A stretch of DNA of 64,000 nt from an uncultured Chloroflexia bacterium (GTDB lineage Bacteria; Chloroflexota; Dehalococcoidia; UBA2979), in assembly GCA_963728205.1 (NCBI GenBank), contig CAVSIV010000006.1, positions 1,408,001-1,472,000 on the forward strand, in the 5' to 3' direction. The stretch's first letter is position 1, and the number at the start of each line of letters is the position of its first letter. Shown in pieces: positions 28,638 through 38,826 of the stretch. The position numbers were made by a program, and so were the translations under genes. Under the pieces are notes generated by a model. That model saw nothing but the letters and a program-made list of their open reading frames with translations, made no database searches and was not told where the DNA came from.

Positions 28638-29548
28638 TGGCGCGCGCCCGCACGCCGGCGCCCCCGGGGGCGCAGCCGCGCGATGCGGCCGGCGTCGCGC
28701 CGGGCGCCCCCGCGTCCGCGGCAGACGCCGCCACGCCGGTTCCGCCGCGGACGCGCCGCGCGCGGCGCTCGCCCGGCGCGCGCCTGCGCGGCGCCGCCGC
28801 GCAGTGGGGCGCGCCGCTGGCGCTGCTCGCCATCCTGCTCGCCGCGTGGGAGGCGTTCGTTCGCCTCCGCCACGTGAAGGCGTACCTGCTCCCGCCGCCG
28901 ACCGCCGTCGCGCGCGCGCTCGCCTCCGACCCGGGCCGCTTCGCCGACGCCGCGCGGCTGTCGCTCGAGGCCGCGCTCGGCGGCCTGCTGATCGCCAGCG
29001 CCGTCGCCTTCGCGCTCGCCGTCGTGATGGCGCACTCGCGCGTCCTCGAGCGCGCCCTCTACCCGCCGGCGCTCGCGATCAAGGTGACGCCGATCGTCGC
29101 GGTCTACCCGCTGCTCGCCATCTGGTTCGGCTTCGGCATCGGACCGAAGATGCTCGTCGCCGCGCTGATCACGTTCTTCCCGATGCTGGTGAACTCGGTC
29201 GTCGGGCTGCGCAGCGTCGACCCGTCGGCGCTCGACTTCATGCGCGCGCTCGACGCCTCGCGCTGGCAGGTGTTCTGGCGACTGCGGCTGCCGTCGTCGC
29301 TGCCGTACGTCTTTGCCGCGCTGCGCATCTCCGTGCCGCTGTCGCTGATCGGCGCGGTCGTGGCCGAGTTCCTGTCGGGGACGTCCGGGATGGGGCAGCT
29401 GATCCTGATCGCGAACGGCGACTTCGACACGGCGACGCTGTTCGGCGCGGTCGTGGTGCTGGCCGTCCTGGGGGTGGCGCTGACCGCGGTCGTTTCCTAT
29501 GTTGAGCGCCGCGTGCTGTTCTGGCACGAATCCTCGATGGGTGTGTAG
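28637..29548 (+). CDS. ABC transporter permease (SsuC/ThiX/RibX type)
   Basis: YLLPPP, IWFGFGIGPK, LPSSLPYVFAALR and GAVVAEF motifs. Confidence 0.92.
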   Translation: MARARTPAPPGAQPRDAAGVAPGAPASAADAATPVPPRTRRARRSPGARLRGAAAQWGAPLALLAILLAAWEAFVRLRHVKAYLLPPPTAVARALASDPGRFADAARLSLEAALGGLLIASAVAFALAVVMAHSRVLERALYPPALAIKVTPIVAVYPLLAIWFGFGIGPKMLVAALITFFPMLVNSVVGLRSVDPSALDFMRALDASRWQVFWRLRLPSSLPYVFAALRISVPLSLIGAVVAEFLSGTSGMGQLILIANGDFDTATLFGAVVVLAVLGVALTAVVSYVERRVLFWHESSMGV

Positions 29549-29654
29549 TGCCCGCGCGCACGGCGCGGATGCAGACCCGGACGAACTCGACAGGCGTGTA
29601 GCGCCCGCGCACGAGCGCGGATGCACGCACCAGCCCTGCCGGGAGGCCTGCTCC

Positions 29655-30800
29655 ATGCACCCTGCTGCCCTGCTCGGCGCGGTTCGCCGCGCCCCGTCCC
29701 CCCGCGCGCGCCGGGGGGCGCTCCTGCTCCTCGTCGCGCTCGCGGCCCTCGCGCTGCTCGCTGCCTGCGGTGGCGGCTCCGCGTCCGCCACCGCGACCGG
29801 CACGCCCGCGGCCGCGACGGCGCCGGCCGCTTCCGCGACCGCGAGCGCGGCCGCCGCGTCGCCCACGGCGACCCCGGCCCCGCGCGAGATCACGTTCATG
29901 GCCGGCTACACGCCGCAGGCGAACCTGCCCTTCGTCGCGGTCTACGTCGCACAGGCCGAGGGCTTCTTCGCCGACGAAGGCCTGAAGGTGAACATCCAGC
30001 ACTCGTCCGGGCAGGACGAGCACCTCAAGCTGCTGGTCGCCGGCAAGGTCGACTTCACGACCGGTACCGCCGCCCAGCTGCTCGTGCGCCACGAGCAGGG
30101 GCTACAGGACGTCGCGGTCGCGCTCTTCGGCCAGCGTGGCGACCAGGCGTACGTCGCGCGTGCCGACTCCGGCATCAAGGGTCCGGCCGACTTCAAGGGA
30201 CACAGCGTCGGATTCAAGGCCGGCGTCGTCCCGGCCGAGCTGCAGGCGATGCTCGCCGGCGCCGGCCTCACGCAGAACGACGTGAAGCTGCAGGCCGTCG
30301 GCTTCGACCCGCGCGTCTTCACCGAGGGCAAGGTCGACGTGTACCCGGTGTTCATCGACAACGAGCCCGACACCATCCGCAAGGCCGGTGTCGGCATCAA
30401 CGTCATCGACCCGGCCGACTTCGGCGTGCCGACGCTCGGGCTCGTCTACCTCACGCGCCGGGATCTCGTGCAGCAGGACCCGGAGGTGGTGACGCGCTTC
30501 CTGCGCGCGACGATGCGGGCGACTGCGTGGATCCAGGACCACGTCGATCAGTCCGTCGACGTCACGCTGCAGTGGGCGAAAGGCGCCGACGCCGCGCACC
30601 AGAAGTTCATGCTCGAGACGGACCTGAAGAACGCGCAGCGCGCCGACGGCATCGGCCGCTCGGACCCGCAGCAGTGGCAGGACCTGTACGCGGTGCTGCG
30701 CAAGTACGGTGTGCTCGACAAGGACATCGCGGACCCGGCGTCGGTCTTCGACGGGACGTTCGTGAACCAGCTGTACACGTCGGGGCAGATCAAGCCGTAG
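29655..30800 (+). CDS. ABC substrate-binding lipoprotein, NMT1/THI5 (ThiY/RibY-like) family
   Basis: Lipobox LAAC, Ala/Thr/Pro linker, YVAQAEGFFADEGL and SGIKGPADFKG motifs. Confidence 0.88.
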   Translation: MHPAALLGAVRRAPSPRARRGALLLLVALAALALLAACGGGSASATATGTPAAATAPAASATASAAAASPTATPAPREITFMAGYTPQANLPFVAVYVAQAEGFFADEGLKVNIQHSSGQDEHLKLLVAGKVDFTTGTAAQLLVRHEQGLQDVAVALFGQRGDQAYVARADSGIKGPADFKGHSVGFKAGVVPAELQAMLAGAGLTQNDVKLQAVGFDPRVFTEGKVDVYPVFIDNEPDTIRKAGVGINVIDPADFGVPTLGLVYLTRRDLVQQDPEVVTRFLRATMRATAWIQDHVDQSVDVTLQWAKGADAAHQKFMLETDLKNAQRADGIGRSDPQQWQDLYAVLRKYGVLDKDIADPASVFDGTFVNQLYTSGQIKP

Positions 30801-30830
30801 AGGCGGGCGTTGCCCCCCCACGGTCCCTCG

Positions 30831-30859
30831 CAAGCGGCGGCGTGTCTGCCGCCGCTTGC
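30831..30859. repeat. REP-like palindrome (family 1) between convergent genes
   Basis: CAAGCGGCGGCGTGTCTGCCGCCGCTTGC. Confidence 0.8.
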
Positions 30860-30873
30860 GGGAACGGATCGGG

Positions 30874-32500
30874 CTACAGCCCGATCTCCTTGGTCAGCAC
30901 CACCTGGCCGTCGACGTGGAGCTCGAACTCCCACGTCCCACCCGTCAGCGGCGCATCGTCTTTGTAGCCGACCCACCACTTGCCCGAGCCGCCGCCGGTC
31001 CACGGCAGCTCGGGTGACTGGTAGATGGCCTGGCCGTTGTGGAAGACGAGCCAGCGGACCTGGTGCGCCTCCTCCATGCCCTCGTAGTTGAAGAAGAGCA
31101 GCACCTGGTTCGAGCCGGCGGCCACGGGCTGCGCCGCCGCGCGGCCGGACGTCGCGGTCGAGCCGAACGCCGGGTCCTGCGCCGTCACCTTCGGCGCCTG
31201 CGCGTCGACGCCGATCAGCGCCGTCGCGGACGCGCGCAGCGAGCCGCCCACCCAGACCTCGAGCCGCCAGCGGCCATCGGGCAGCCCCGCGGGGTTCGGC
31301 GTCGTCAGGCGGTCGGACACGGTGCCGAAGCCGCCCTGGTTCCAGGGGTAGCTCGACGAGATTCTGATCCTGGAAGACGTTGTCGCGGTACCAGCGCTCC
31401 TCGACCACCGTCCCCGGCGCGATGCCCTGCGCCACGAACTCGTAGTAGACGGCGACCGTGTGCGAGGGGAAGTGGTTGCGGTAGTCGAACAGGTCGCGCC
31501 CGAAGGGGCCGTCGAGCGCGCTCTGCGCGAACGACGGCGTGCTCACCCAGGCGCCGTCGCTCGTGACGCCGGCGCGGGCGATGAGCGGCGCGCTGTAGCG
31601 CGCCTCGGGCCCGAGCGAGCGTGCGCGCGCAATGATGTCGCTCGCGAGGTCGCTCGGCCGCACCTCGGCGACCGGCGCGCTCGGATCGAACCGCGGCTGC
31701 ACGAGGATGCCGACGAGGCCGCCCCCGCGGTCGAACGCGGGGCCGCCCTGCGCGCCGTATGGCAGCCGCGCGTCGGTCTTCAGCCACGCGCGGCCGCTCA
31801 CGAACGGGCTACCGCGGAAGCCGGTCAGCTTCGCCTGGGTGACGGTGAGCACCTGCGACGTCTCCCCGCCCGTCACGTCGAGGCCGGGCTGGCCGAAGAG
31901 CCGCAGCGAGTCGCCGGTCCCGGCCTGCGCGCTCTGGTCGATGCGCACCGCGGGCACCGTGAACCCGGCGCTGCCGAGCGATTCCCCGCCGCTGCGGCCG
32001 GTGACGCGCAGGACCGCGAGATCCGACGAGGGGTCGGCCGCGACCAGCACGGCGTCGAAGGCCTGCTTCGGCTCCGCGCCCGCGTCGATGTTCGTGCCGA
32101 TCCCGATCGTTGTGTACGCCTGACTGCCGTCGGCGCGTGCCGGGTCGACGAGCGGGTAGCTCGTGAGGATGAGGCGCTGCGCCTGGTCGATCACCACGCC
32201 CGTGCCGTTGCGCACGATGCGGGGCGGGTCCTGCGTGCGGTCGATCAACTCGATCTGCACCACCGCCTTCGCCAGATCGGCGTCGGGCACCGCCGTGCCC
32301 GACGCGGCCGGCTGGCCGCCCACCTGCAGGGTCGGGCTGATGAGGATCGGGCCGGCTTCGGAGCTTGGCGTGGGCGTCGGCGTGGCAAGCGTCGGGGTGA
32401 GCGTGCGTGAGTCGCCGGGGATCAGCTTCGCCGCGCGGCCGCAGCCGGCGGCGAAGATGGCGAGCAAGAGCAGCAGCGCGACGACCCGGTATGTGCGCAT
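30874..32500 (-). CDS. Lipoprotein with trypsin-like (probably inactive) domain and two C-terminal beta-rich domains; frameshift near 31361
   Basis: Lipobox AAGC. GTGVVI, ILTSYPLV (catalytic His absent), DLAVL and GAQGGP (catalytic Ser absent). Removing one A from CAGAATC (minus strand) joins it to ORF 30874-31320. Confidence 0.7.
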
Positions 32501-32625
32501 CGGCCTGCACCGTAGCGCCCGGTGCACCCAACAGCCACCGGCCGGCGCGCGGGCGACGGTTGTACACTCCGCCCCTGACACGACCCGGCCCGACGGCCGG
32601 CATCACGCAGAGCGGGGGCAGATCG

Positions 32626-33435
32626 ATGGCCGACGAGCAGGAAGTCCTCTACAGCGTCGAAGACCGCATCGCGACGATCACGCTGAACCGGCCCGAGCGC
32701 ATGAACTCGTTCGCGCCCGGCCTCCTCTCCGGGTGGGCGGACGCGATTGTCCGCGCCGCCGAGGACGACGAGGTACGCGTCGTGCTGGTGACCGGCGCGG
32801 GCCGCGCCTTCTGCGCCGGTGCCGACCTCAAGGCCCGCGGCGACGCGAACTACGCGGTCGCGGCCGACCGCAACGCGGGCGAGCGGCGCAACTCGCTGCG
32901 CCACAGCGTGCACCGCGTGCCGCAGGCGCTGCAGTACCTCGACAAGCCGTACATCGCCGCCGTCAACGGCGCGGCGGTGGGCGCGGGCATGGACATGGCT
33001 TCGATGGCCGACATCCGCATCGCGTCGGACCAGGCGCGGTTTGGCATGTCGTACGTGAACGTCGGCCTGATCCCGGGCGACGGCGGCGCGTGGCTGCTCC
33101 CGCGCATCGTCGGCACGGCGCGGGCGCTCGAGCTGATCTGGTCGGGCGAGATCTTCGACGCGCAGCGCGCGCTGGAGCTCGGCTACGTCCAGAAGGTCGT
33201 CCCGCACGACGAGTTGATGGAGGAGGCGTACGCCTACGCGCGGCGCCTCTCCGAGGGCCCGCCGATCGCGATGCAGCTCGCGAAGCGGCTCGTGTATCGC
33301 GGCATGGACCAGTCGTTCATGGAGGGTCTCGAGGCCGCGCAGGCCGCGATGGCGATGGTGCAGTCGACCGAGGACTCGAAGGAAGGCCCGCGCGCCTTCG
33401 GCGAGAAGCGCCGCCCGCAGTTCGCCGGCCGGTAG
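32626..33435 (+). CDS. Enoyl-CoA hydratase/isomerase (crotonase) family protein
   Basis: ITLNRPERMN, GRAFCAGADL, IAAVNGAAVGAG, GLIPGDGG and AFGEKRRPQF motifs. Confidence 0.94.
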   Translation: MADEQEVLYSVEDRIATITLNRPERMNSFAPGLLSGWADAIVRAAEDDEVRVVLVTGAGRAFCAGADLKARGDANYAVAADRNAGERRNSLRHSVHRVPQALQYLDKPYIAAVNGAAVGAGMDMASMADIRIASDQARFGMSYVNVGLIPGDGGAWLLPRIVGTARALELIWSGEIFDAQRALELGYVQKVVPHDELMEEAYAYARRLSEGPPIAMQLAKRLVYRGMDQSFMEGLEAAQAAMAMVQSTEDSKEGPRAFGEKRRPQFAGR

Positions 33436-33494
33436 CGGACTTCCCGCTCGGCACCGGCCATCCGCCGCCGGCGCGCACCGGGCGGCGTCGGCAC

Positions 33495-33570
33495 GCGGCG
33501 GCGGACACGCCGCCGCGTTCACCGTAGTCATGAGGACGCGACATGTCGGCGGCAATCTGCCGCCGCTTGC
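33495..33570. repeat. Inverted REP doublet (family 1, degenerate)
   Basis: GCGGCGGCGGACACGCCGCCG ... GTCGGCGGCAATCTGCCGCCGCTTGC. Confidence 0.7.
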
Positions 33571-33761
33571 GTTGGACGACGTTCCCGGTGATGCATCGCC
33601 GTGCGACGATGGATCGCGACGCTCTCGGCCGCTGAGGCGGGCGTGAGCGGGGTGCACGGGGCGGTTAGCACCCAGATCACAGGTTTCGCGTCCCGCTTTG
33701 ACCAGTATTCGCGACGATTCGGTGAGCACAGATCGCTCCCGTGCGTCATGGAGGAACAGGC

Positions 33762-34919
33762 ATGCCCAGGAAATCCGGGATCCAGGCCCTGGTCCTGGCG
33801 GTCGTCATCGTCGTGTCCATGGTCGTCGGCGGCACCCTGACCCAGCGGCTGGGCCAGACCACGCCGACGTCGACGCCGCCGGCCGCTGCCGCCACCGCCG
33901 CCCCGACCCAGATCCCGATTGCTGCGAACGCGCCGGCGGAAACGCCCGGCAAGACCGCGGCCGCCGCGATCCCCAACCTGCCCGACACGATCGCGCGCGT
34001 CGCGCCGTCCGTCGTCGAGATTGAGACCACCGGGCCGCAGTCCGGCGTCGGCTCCGGCGTCGTGCTCGACACGCAGGGCCACATCATCACGAACTACCAC
34101 GTGATCGAGGGCGCCCAGAAGATCATCGTGCACCTGCAGGACGGCACCGCCGGCGTCGCGACCGTCAGCGGCACCGACCCCGGCAGCGACCTCGCGGTAA
34201 TCCAGGCGTCGATCCAGCCGCAGGAGCTCTCGCCGGCGACACTCGGCAACTCCGACTCCGTGCGCGTCGGCGACTCGGTCTTCGCCATCGGCAACCCGTT
34301 CGGTCAGAACTTCACGGTCACCGCCGGCATCGTCAGCGCCGTGCAGCGCTACACGACGTCCAGCTTCACGGGCCGGCCCATCGTCGGCGTGATCCAGACG
34401 GACGCCTCGCTCAACCCGGGGAACTCGGGCGGTCCGCTGTTCAACGCGGACGGCCAGGTGATCGGGCTCAACACCTCGATCGAGAACCCGAACGGCCGCT
34501 TCTCGGCCGGCATCGGCTTTGCGACGCCGTCGAACACGATGTCCCGCTTCCTCCCCGCGCTCGAGAAGGGCGACCAGATCCAGCACCCGATGCTCGGCAT
34601 CCAGGGTGAGGCGCTCGACGAGGTCAGCGCGGCGACGTTCCAGGTCAGCGCGACGCACGGCGTGTACGTGACCGGCGTCGAGCCGAACTCGGCCGCGTCG
34701 CAGGCCGGGGTCGTGCCGGGCACGCAGACGAACGCCGACCTCGGCGGCGACGTGATCACGGCCATCGACGGCAAGCCGATCCGCAGCTTCGAGGACCTCG
34801 CGATCGCCGTCGACGCCCACAACGTGGGCGACCAGGTGTCGATCACCGTCGAACGCGCATCGCAGTCGATGACGCTGAAGGGCACGCTCGGCCCCTGGAC
34901 GCAGAGCCAGAGCCAGTAG
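33762..34919 (+). CDS. htrA: HtrA/DegP-like serine protease with PDZ domain
   Basis: N-terminal TM, ITNYHV (His), DLAV (Asp), QTDASLNPGNSGGPL (Ser) and PDZ GDVITAIDG. Confidence 0.92.
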   Translation: MPRKSGIQALVLAVVIVVSMVVGGTLTQRLGQTTPTSTPPAAAATAAPTQIPIAANAPAETPGKTAAAAIPNLPDTIARVAPSVVEIETTGPQSGVGSGVVLDTQGHIITNYHVIEGAQKIIVHLQDGTAGVATVSGTDPGSDLAVIQASIQPQELSPATLGNSDSVRVGDSVFAIGNPFGQNFTVTAGIVSAVQRYTTSSFTGRPIVGVIQTDASLNPGNSGGPLFNADGQVIGLNTSIENPNGRFSAGIGFATPSNTMSRFLPALEKGDQIQHPMLGIQGEALDEVSAATFQVSATHGVYVTGVEPNSAASQAGVVPGTQTNADLGGDVITAIDGKPIRSFEDLAIAVDAHNVGDQVSITVERASQSMTLKGTLGPWTQSQSQ

Positions 34920-35041
34920 CGCCCGCGGCCTGTTGCGCTGGGCGCGCAGGCGTCGCGCCTGGCGGGGGCGGGCCCGTGGGTCCGCCCCTCTTGCTGCGCG
35001 CGTGGGTACGATGCCGCAGCGACACGGGAAGGGTGGCCCCG

Positions 35042-35515
35042 ATGGCGACGAACGTTCTGCTGTTTCTGCACATCCTCGGCGCGTTCATGATCGTGGGCGG
35101 CGCCGCGCTCGACACCGCGCTCTCCGTGCGCGGCGCGACCACCAACCGCACGCACACGCTCGCCACGCTCGCCGATCTGCAACTGCGCGCGTCGCGGATG
35201 GTGCTGCTCCCCGGTGCGATCGTCGCGGTCGTCTTCGGGACGTGGCTGGTGCCGGTGGCGGGCTACAGCTTCTCGGGGGCGTGGTTGAGCGCCGCGTACC
35301 TCGCCTGGATCGTGCTGATGGGGTTGCACGGGGTGCTCGGGAGGCACGTGCGGACCGTCCGCGCCGAGGCCGAGCGCCTGATCACGCAGGGCGTCGCCGA
35401 GAGCGAGGAGCTGCGCGCGCTGTTCGCGACGCCGCGCGCGCGGATGTACCGGTGGATCGTCAACGCGCTGATCGTGGTGTTCCTGTACCTGATGGTGTTC
35501 CGGCCGGGCGCGTAA
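35042..35515 (+). CDS. DUF2269-like integral membrane protein
   Basis: LFLHILGA start, four TM helices, LMVFRPG end. Confidence 0.75.
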   Translation: MATNVLLFLHILGAFMIVGGAALDTALSVRGATTNRTHTLATLADLQLRASRMVLLPGAIVAVVFGTWLVPVAGYSFSGAWLSAAYLAWIVLMGLHGVLGRHVRTVRAEAERLITQGVAESEELRALFATPRARMYRWIVNALIVVFLYLMVFRPGA

Positions 35516-35535
35516 GCGGCGGCAGACACGCCGCC
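35513..35535 (+). repeat. REP-like hairpin (family 1) overlapping the TAA stop
   Basis: TAAGCGGCGGCAGACACGCCGCC. Confidence 0.82.
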
Positions 35536-35587
35536 ACGCGCGCGCGTTCCCGTCGCGCCTCGCGGGCCGCTCGTCCGCGCGACCGCC

Positions 35588-36205
35588 TCAGCCGGCTGAC
35601 GCCGTGCCGTTCGCCGGGGCGGGGAGCTCCAGCGCGCGACCGGCCACCAGCAGCCACGCGCGCGCGGCACGCGCGGAGACCTCCTGGTTCACGCGCCCCA
35701 GCAGGTCGCGATAGACGCGGCCCAGCGCGGTCGGCGGGACCACGCCGCCTCCCACCTCGTTCGTCACGATCACCGTCGGGCCGGCGCGCGCGGCGGCCAC
35801 GTCGAGCAGCGCGCCGAGCGCCTGGCGCAGGCCGACCTCCACGCGCTCCGCCTCGTCCGGCGTCGGGTCCTCGCCGGCGGCGGCGAGCAGCCGGTTCGAC
35901 GTCCACACCGACAGGCAGTCGATGACGACGCACGCGGCGGGGTCCGCGGCGCGCAGCGGCTCGATCAGCTCGTGCGGCGCCTCGACCGTCCGCCATGCCG
36001 GCGACCGGCGCGCGCGGTGCAGCGCGATGCGCGCGCGCATCTCCTCGTCGAGCGCCTCGAGCGTGGCGAAGTAGACGACATCGCGCCCGCTCGCGTCGGC
36101 GAGCGCCTCCGCGAACGTGCTCTTCCCGCTCCGCGCGCCGCCCGTGACGAGGTAGAGCGCTCCCGCCGACAGGCGGGTCGGGACGACCGGGCGGTTGGCG
36201 GTCAT
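35588..36205 (-). CDS. cobU: Adenosylcobinamide kinase / cobinamide-phosphate guanylyltransferase
   Basis: LVTGGARSGKS, DEEMRARIALHR, IDCLSVW, VTNEVGGG and YRDLLGRVNQ motifs. Confidence 0.95.
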   Translation of the reverse strand: MTANRPVVPTRLSAGALYLVTGGARSGKSTFAEALADASGRDVVYFATLEALDEEMRARIALHRARRSPAWRTVEAPHELIEPLRAADPAACVVIDCLSVWTSNRLLAAAGEDPTPDEAERVEVGLRQALGALLDVAAARAGPTVIVTNEVGGGVVPPTALGRVYRDLLGRVNQEVSARAARAWLLVAGRALELPAPANGTASAG

Positions 36206-36289
36206 GGCCGCGACCGTCCGGCCCACGGCGGCGGCAGCCACACCGTCGACAGGTGCGCGCCGCCCGGCGCGCGGAGCGTCGTCCGCAAT

Positions 36290-36318
36290 CTGTCGGCGGC
36301 ATGTCTGCCGCCGCTGTG
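36290..36318 (-). repeat. REP-like hairpin (family 1), reverse orientation
   Basis: TGTCGGCGGCATGTCTGCCGCCGCTGTG. Confidence 0.82.
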
Positions 36319-36335
36319 GATCCGCGGACCCCGGT

Positions 36336-37115
36336 TCACGAAAGGAACGTCGGGCCGATCCACCCGCGCGCGGCGGCGGCGATCAGCGCGTACCACACCA
36401 CGACCTGCGAGATCTCGATCGCCGCGCCGAAGACGTCGCCTGTGACGCCGTCGAGCATGCGGTCCGCCGCCGCCGCCACGGTGACGGCGGCGGCCCCGGC
36501 GATCGCGAGCACGACGAGCCCGGCGGCGCCGAACAGCGCGACCGCCGCCACGAGCGCGATGACCGTCGCCAGCGGCCCGGCCACCGGCCAGATCGCCTCG
36601 TGCATGAGGTGCCCGAGCCCGCGCGGCCGCGCGGGGCGGAACAGCAGCGCGACCGGCGCGACCGTCCAGCGCGCCAGCACCGGCGCAAGCACCAGGCCGC
36701 CCGACCGCACGGGCGCGGGCAGCGAGGCGAGCGCCGCCCACGTCGCGAGCAGCACGATCACCAGGGCCATCACGCCCGCCGGTCCCGTGTTCCCTTCGCT
36801 CATGATCCCGAGACGCTCGGCGCGCTCGCCCTGGTACGCCATCCCGTCGGCCGTGTCGGCGACGCCGTCGAGGTGGAGGCCCGCCGACAGCAGCGCGAGC
36901 AGCGCCACCTCGATCGCCGCGACCGGCGAGGCCGGCAGCAGGCGCGACAGCCCGCGGTCGGCAAGGAGCAGGATCACGCCGATCAGCAGGCCGACGAGCG
37001 GGTACCAGCCGAGCGCCTCCGCGAACGCGGCGTTGGTGTGCTGCTGCACGCGTCGAAACCGGAGCGGCGTGAGGAATTCGAGCGCAATCAATGATCCAGA
37101 GACATAACGTTGCAT
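36336..37115 (-). CDS. cobS: Adenosylcobinamide-GDP ribazoletransferase (cobalamin synthase)
   Basis: EFLT, YPLVG, GLHLDGVADTADG and GVTGDVFGA motifs. Confidence 0.94.
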   Translation of the reverse strand: MQRYVSGSLIALEFLTPLRFRRVQQHTNAAFAEALGWYPLVGLLIGVILLLADRGLSRLLPASPVAAIEVALLALLSAGLHLDGVADTADGMAYQGERAERLGIMSEGNTGPAGVMALVIVLLATWAALASLPAPVRSGGLVLAPVLARWTVAPVALLFRPARPRGLGHLMHEAIWPVAGPLATVIALVAAVALFGAAGLVVLAIAGAAAVTVAAAADRMLDGVTGDVFGAAIEISQVVVWYALIAAAARGWIGPTFLS

Positions 37116-37126
37116 CGCGCCTGCGC

Positions 37127-38224
37127 CTAGCTTTCCGGGGCGATCGCGTCGTCGGACGTCGAGACGCCGGCCTCGGCGAAGGTTGCCATCTCGTCGAGGA
37201 CGCGGCAGGCGGCGACGCAGAGCGTCATCCCGAGCGCCGCGCCGCTGCCCTCGCCCAGCCGCAGGCCGAGATCGAACAGCGGCTCCAGCCGCAGGTGCTC
37301 GAGCAGGGCGCCGTGTCCCGGTTCGGCAGAGCGGTGCGACGCGACGAATGCGTACGCCGCCGCCGGCGCCACCGCCGCCGCGACGAGCGCGGCCGCGCCG
37401 GAGATCAGCCCGTCAACGACGGCCGGCACGCGCGCGGCGGCGGCCCCGAGGTACACGCCGGCGAGCACGCCGATCTCGAACCCGCCGAGGCCGGCGAGCA
37501 GGTCGATGCCGTCGTCGGCGTCGGGACGGTTCACCGCGAGCGCCTCCGCCACCGCCGCCACCTTGCGCTCGAAGGTCGCGTCGTCGACGCCCGTGCCGCG
37601 CCCGGTGACTGCGCGCGGCGGCCGGCCGGTGACGGCCGCGACGATCGCCGCGGCCGGCGTCGTGTTGCCGATGCCCATCTCGCCGCACGCGACGATGTCG
37701 GCGCCATCGCCCGCGTGCTCGGCGGCGAAGAGCCGGATGCCCTCGGCGACGGCGCGCTCGGCGAGCGCGCGCGACATCGCGGGGCCGGCGGTGATGTCGT
37801 CCGTGCCGGGGCCCAGGCGCAGCCGCACGAGCCGCGGGTCGCGCGGCGTCTCCGCCGCGACCCCGGCGTCGACGACCACCACGCGCGCGTCGGCGTGCGA
37901 CGCGAGCACGTTGATCGCCGCGCCGCCGGCGAGGAAGTTCGCGACCATCTGCGCCGTGACGTCGGCCGGGTAGGCGGACACCCCGCGGCGGGCGACGCCG
38001 TGGTCGCCGGCCGCCACCACGATCAGCCGCCGCTCGAGCCTGGGGCGGTCGGCGCCCGTGATTCCCGCGAGGCGCACGCTCAGCGCCTCGAGCCCGCCGA
38101 GCGCCCCGGGCGGCTTCGTCAGCTGGCCCTGCCGGGCCAGGGCCGCGGCCGCGGCGCGCTCGTCCGGTCCCGGGATGGCGGCGACGGTCTCGGCGATCAG
38201 CGCGGCGTCGGTGGACTGGGTCAT
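37127..38224 (-). CDS. cobT: Nicotinate-nucleotide--DMB phosphoribosyltransferase
   Basis: LTKPPGALG, DHGV, GEMGIGNTT, GGFEI and LRLGEGSGA motifs. Confidence 0.96.
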   Translation of the reverse strand: MTQSTDAALIAETVAAIPGPDERAAAAALARQGQLTKPPGALGGLEALSVRLAGITGADRPRLERRLIVVAAGDHGVARRGVSAYPADVTAQMVANFLAGGAAINVLASHADARVVVVDAGVAAETPRDPRLVRLRLGPGTDDITAGPAMSRALAERAVAEGIRLFAAEHAGDGADIVACGEMGIGNTTPAAAIVAAVTGRPPRAVTGRGTGVDDATFERKVAAVAEALAVNRPDADDGIDLLAGLGGFEIGVLAGVYLGAAAARVPAVVDGLISGAAALVAAAVAPAAAYAFVASHRSAEPGHGALLEHLRLEPLFDLGLRLGEGSGAALGMTLCVAACRVLDEMATFAEAGVSTSDDAIAPES

Positions 38225-38241
38225 GGGTGTCTCCGCGGCCC

Positions 38242-38826
38242 CTAATAGTCGATCCCCGGCTGCGCCTTGATGCCCTGCTGGTAGGGGTGCTTGATCTCCG
38301 TCATCTCCGTCACGAGATCCGCGAACGCCACCAGCTCCGGCGCCGCGTCGCGCCCGGTCATGATGACGTCGACGTTCGCCGGGCGCGCGCGCAGCGTGTC
38401 GATCACCTCATCGACCTCGAGCCACCCGTAGGTCACCGGGTACGTGATCTCGTCGAGCACCACCAGGTCGTAGAGACCCGACTCGATCTTCTCGCGCGCC
38501 AGGGCCCAGCACTCGTGAGCCAGCGCGATGTCCTTCTCGATGTCCTTCGAGAGCCAGGTGAAGCCGTCACCGAGCGGGATCATCTCGATGCCCATGCGCT
38601 CGGCGGCGCGCGTCTCGCCGTAGTGCGACGTCTTCGACTTGATGAACTGCAGCCAGACGATCTTCCAGCCGCGGCCCCAGGCGCGCATCGTCACGCCGAG
38701 CGCCGACGTCGTCTTGCCCTTGCCGTTGCCGGTGTAGAGGACGACCAGCGGGTGCTTCTTCGGGAACAGGCCCTCCCACCGGCCGGTCCACTGCTCGACG
38801 GCGTCGCCGGCGGGCTCGTCGGTCAC
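38242..38826 (-). CDS. cobO: Cob(I)yrinic acid a,c-diamide adenosyltransferase (CobO/BtuR)
   Basis: YTGNGKGKTTSALG, QFIK, GDGFTW, VVLDEI, TGR and KHPYQQGIKAQPGIDY motifs. Confidence 0.95.
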   Translation of the reverse strand: MTDEPAGDAVEQWTGRWEGLFPKKHPLVVLYTGNGKGKTTSALGVTMRAWGRGWKIVWLQFIKSKTSHYGETRAAERMGIEMIPLGDGFTWLSKDIEKDIALAHECWALAREKIESGLYDLVVLDEITYPVTYGWLEVDEVIDTLRARPANVDVIMTGRDAAPELVAFADLVTEMTEIKHPYQQGIKAQPGIDY

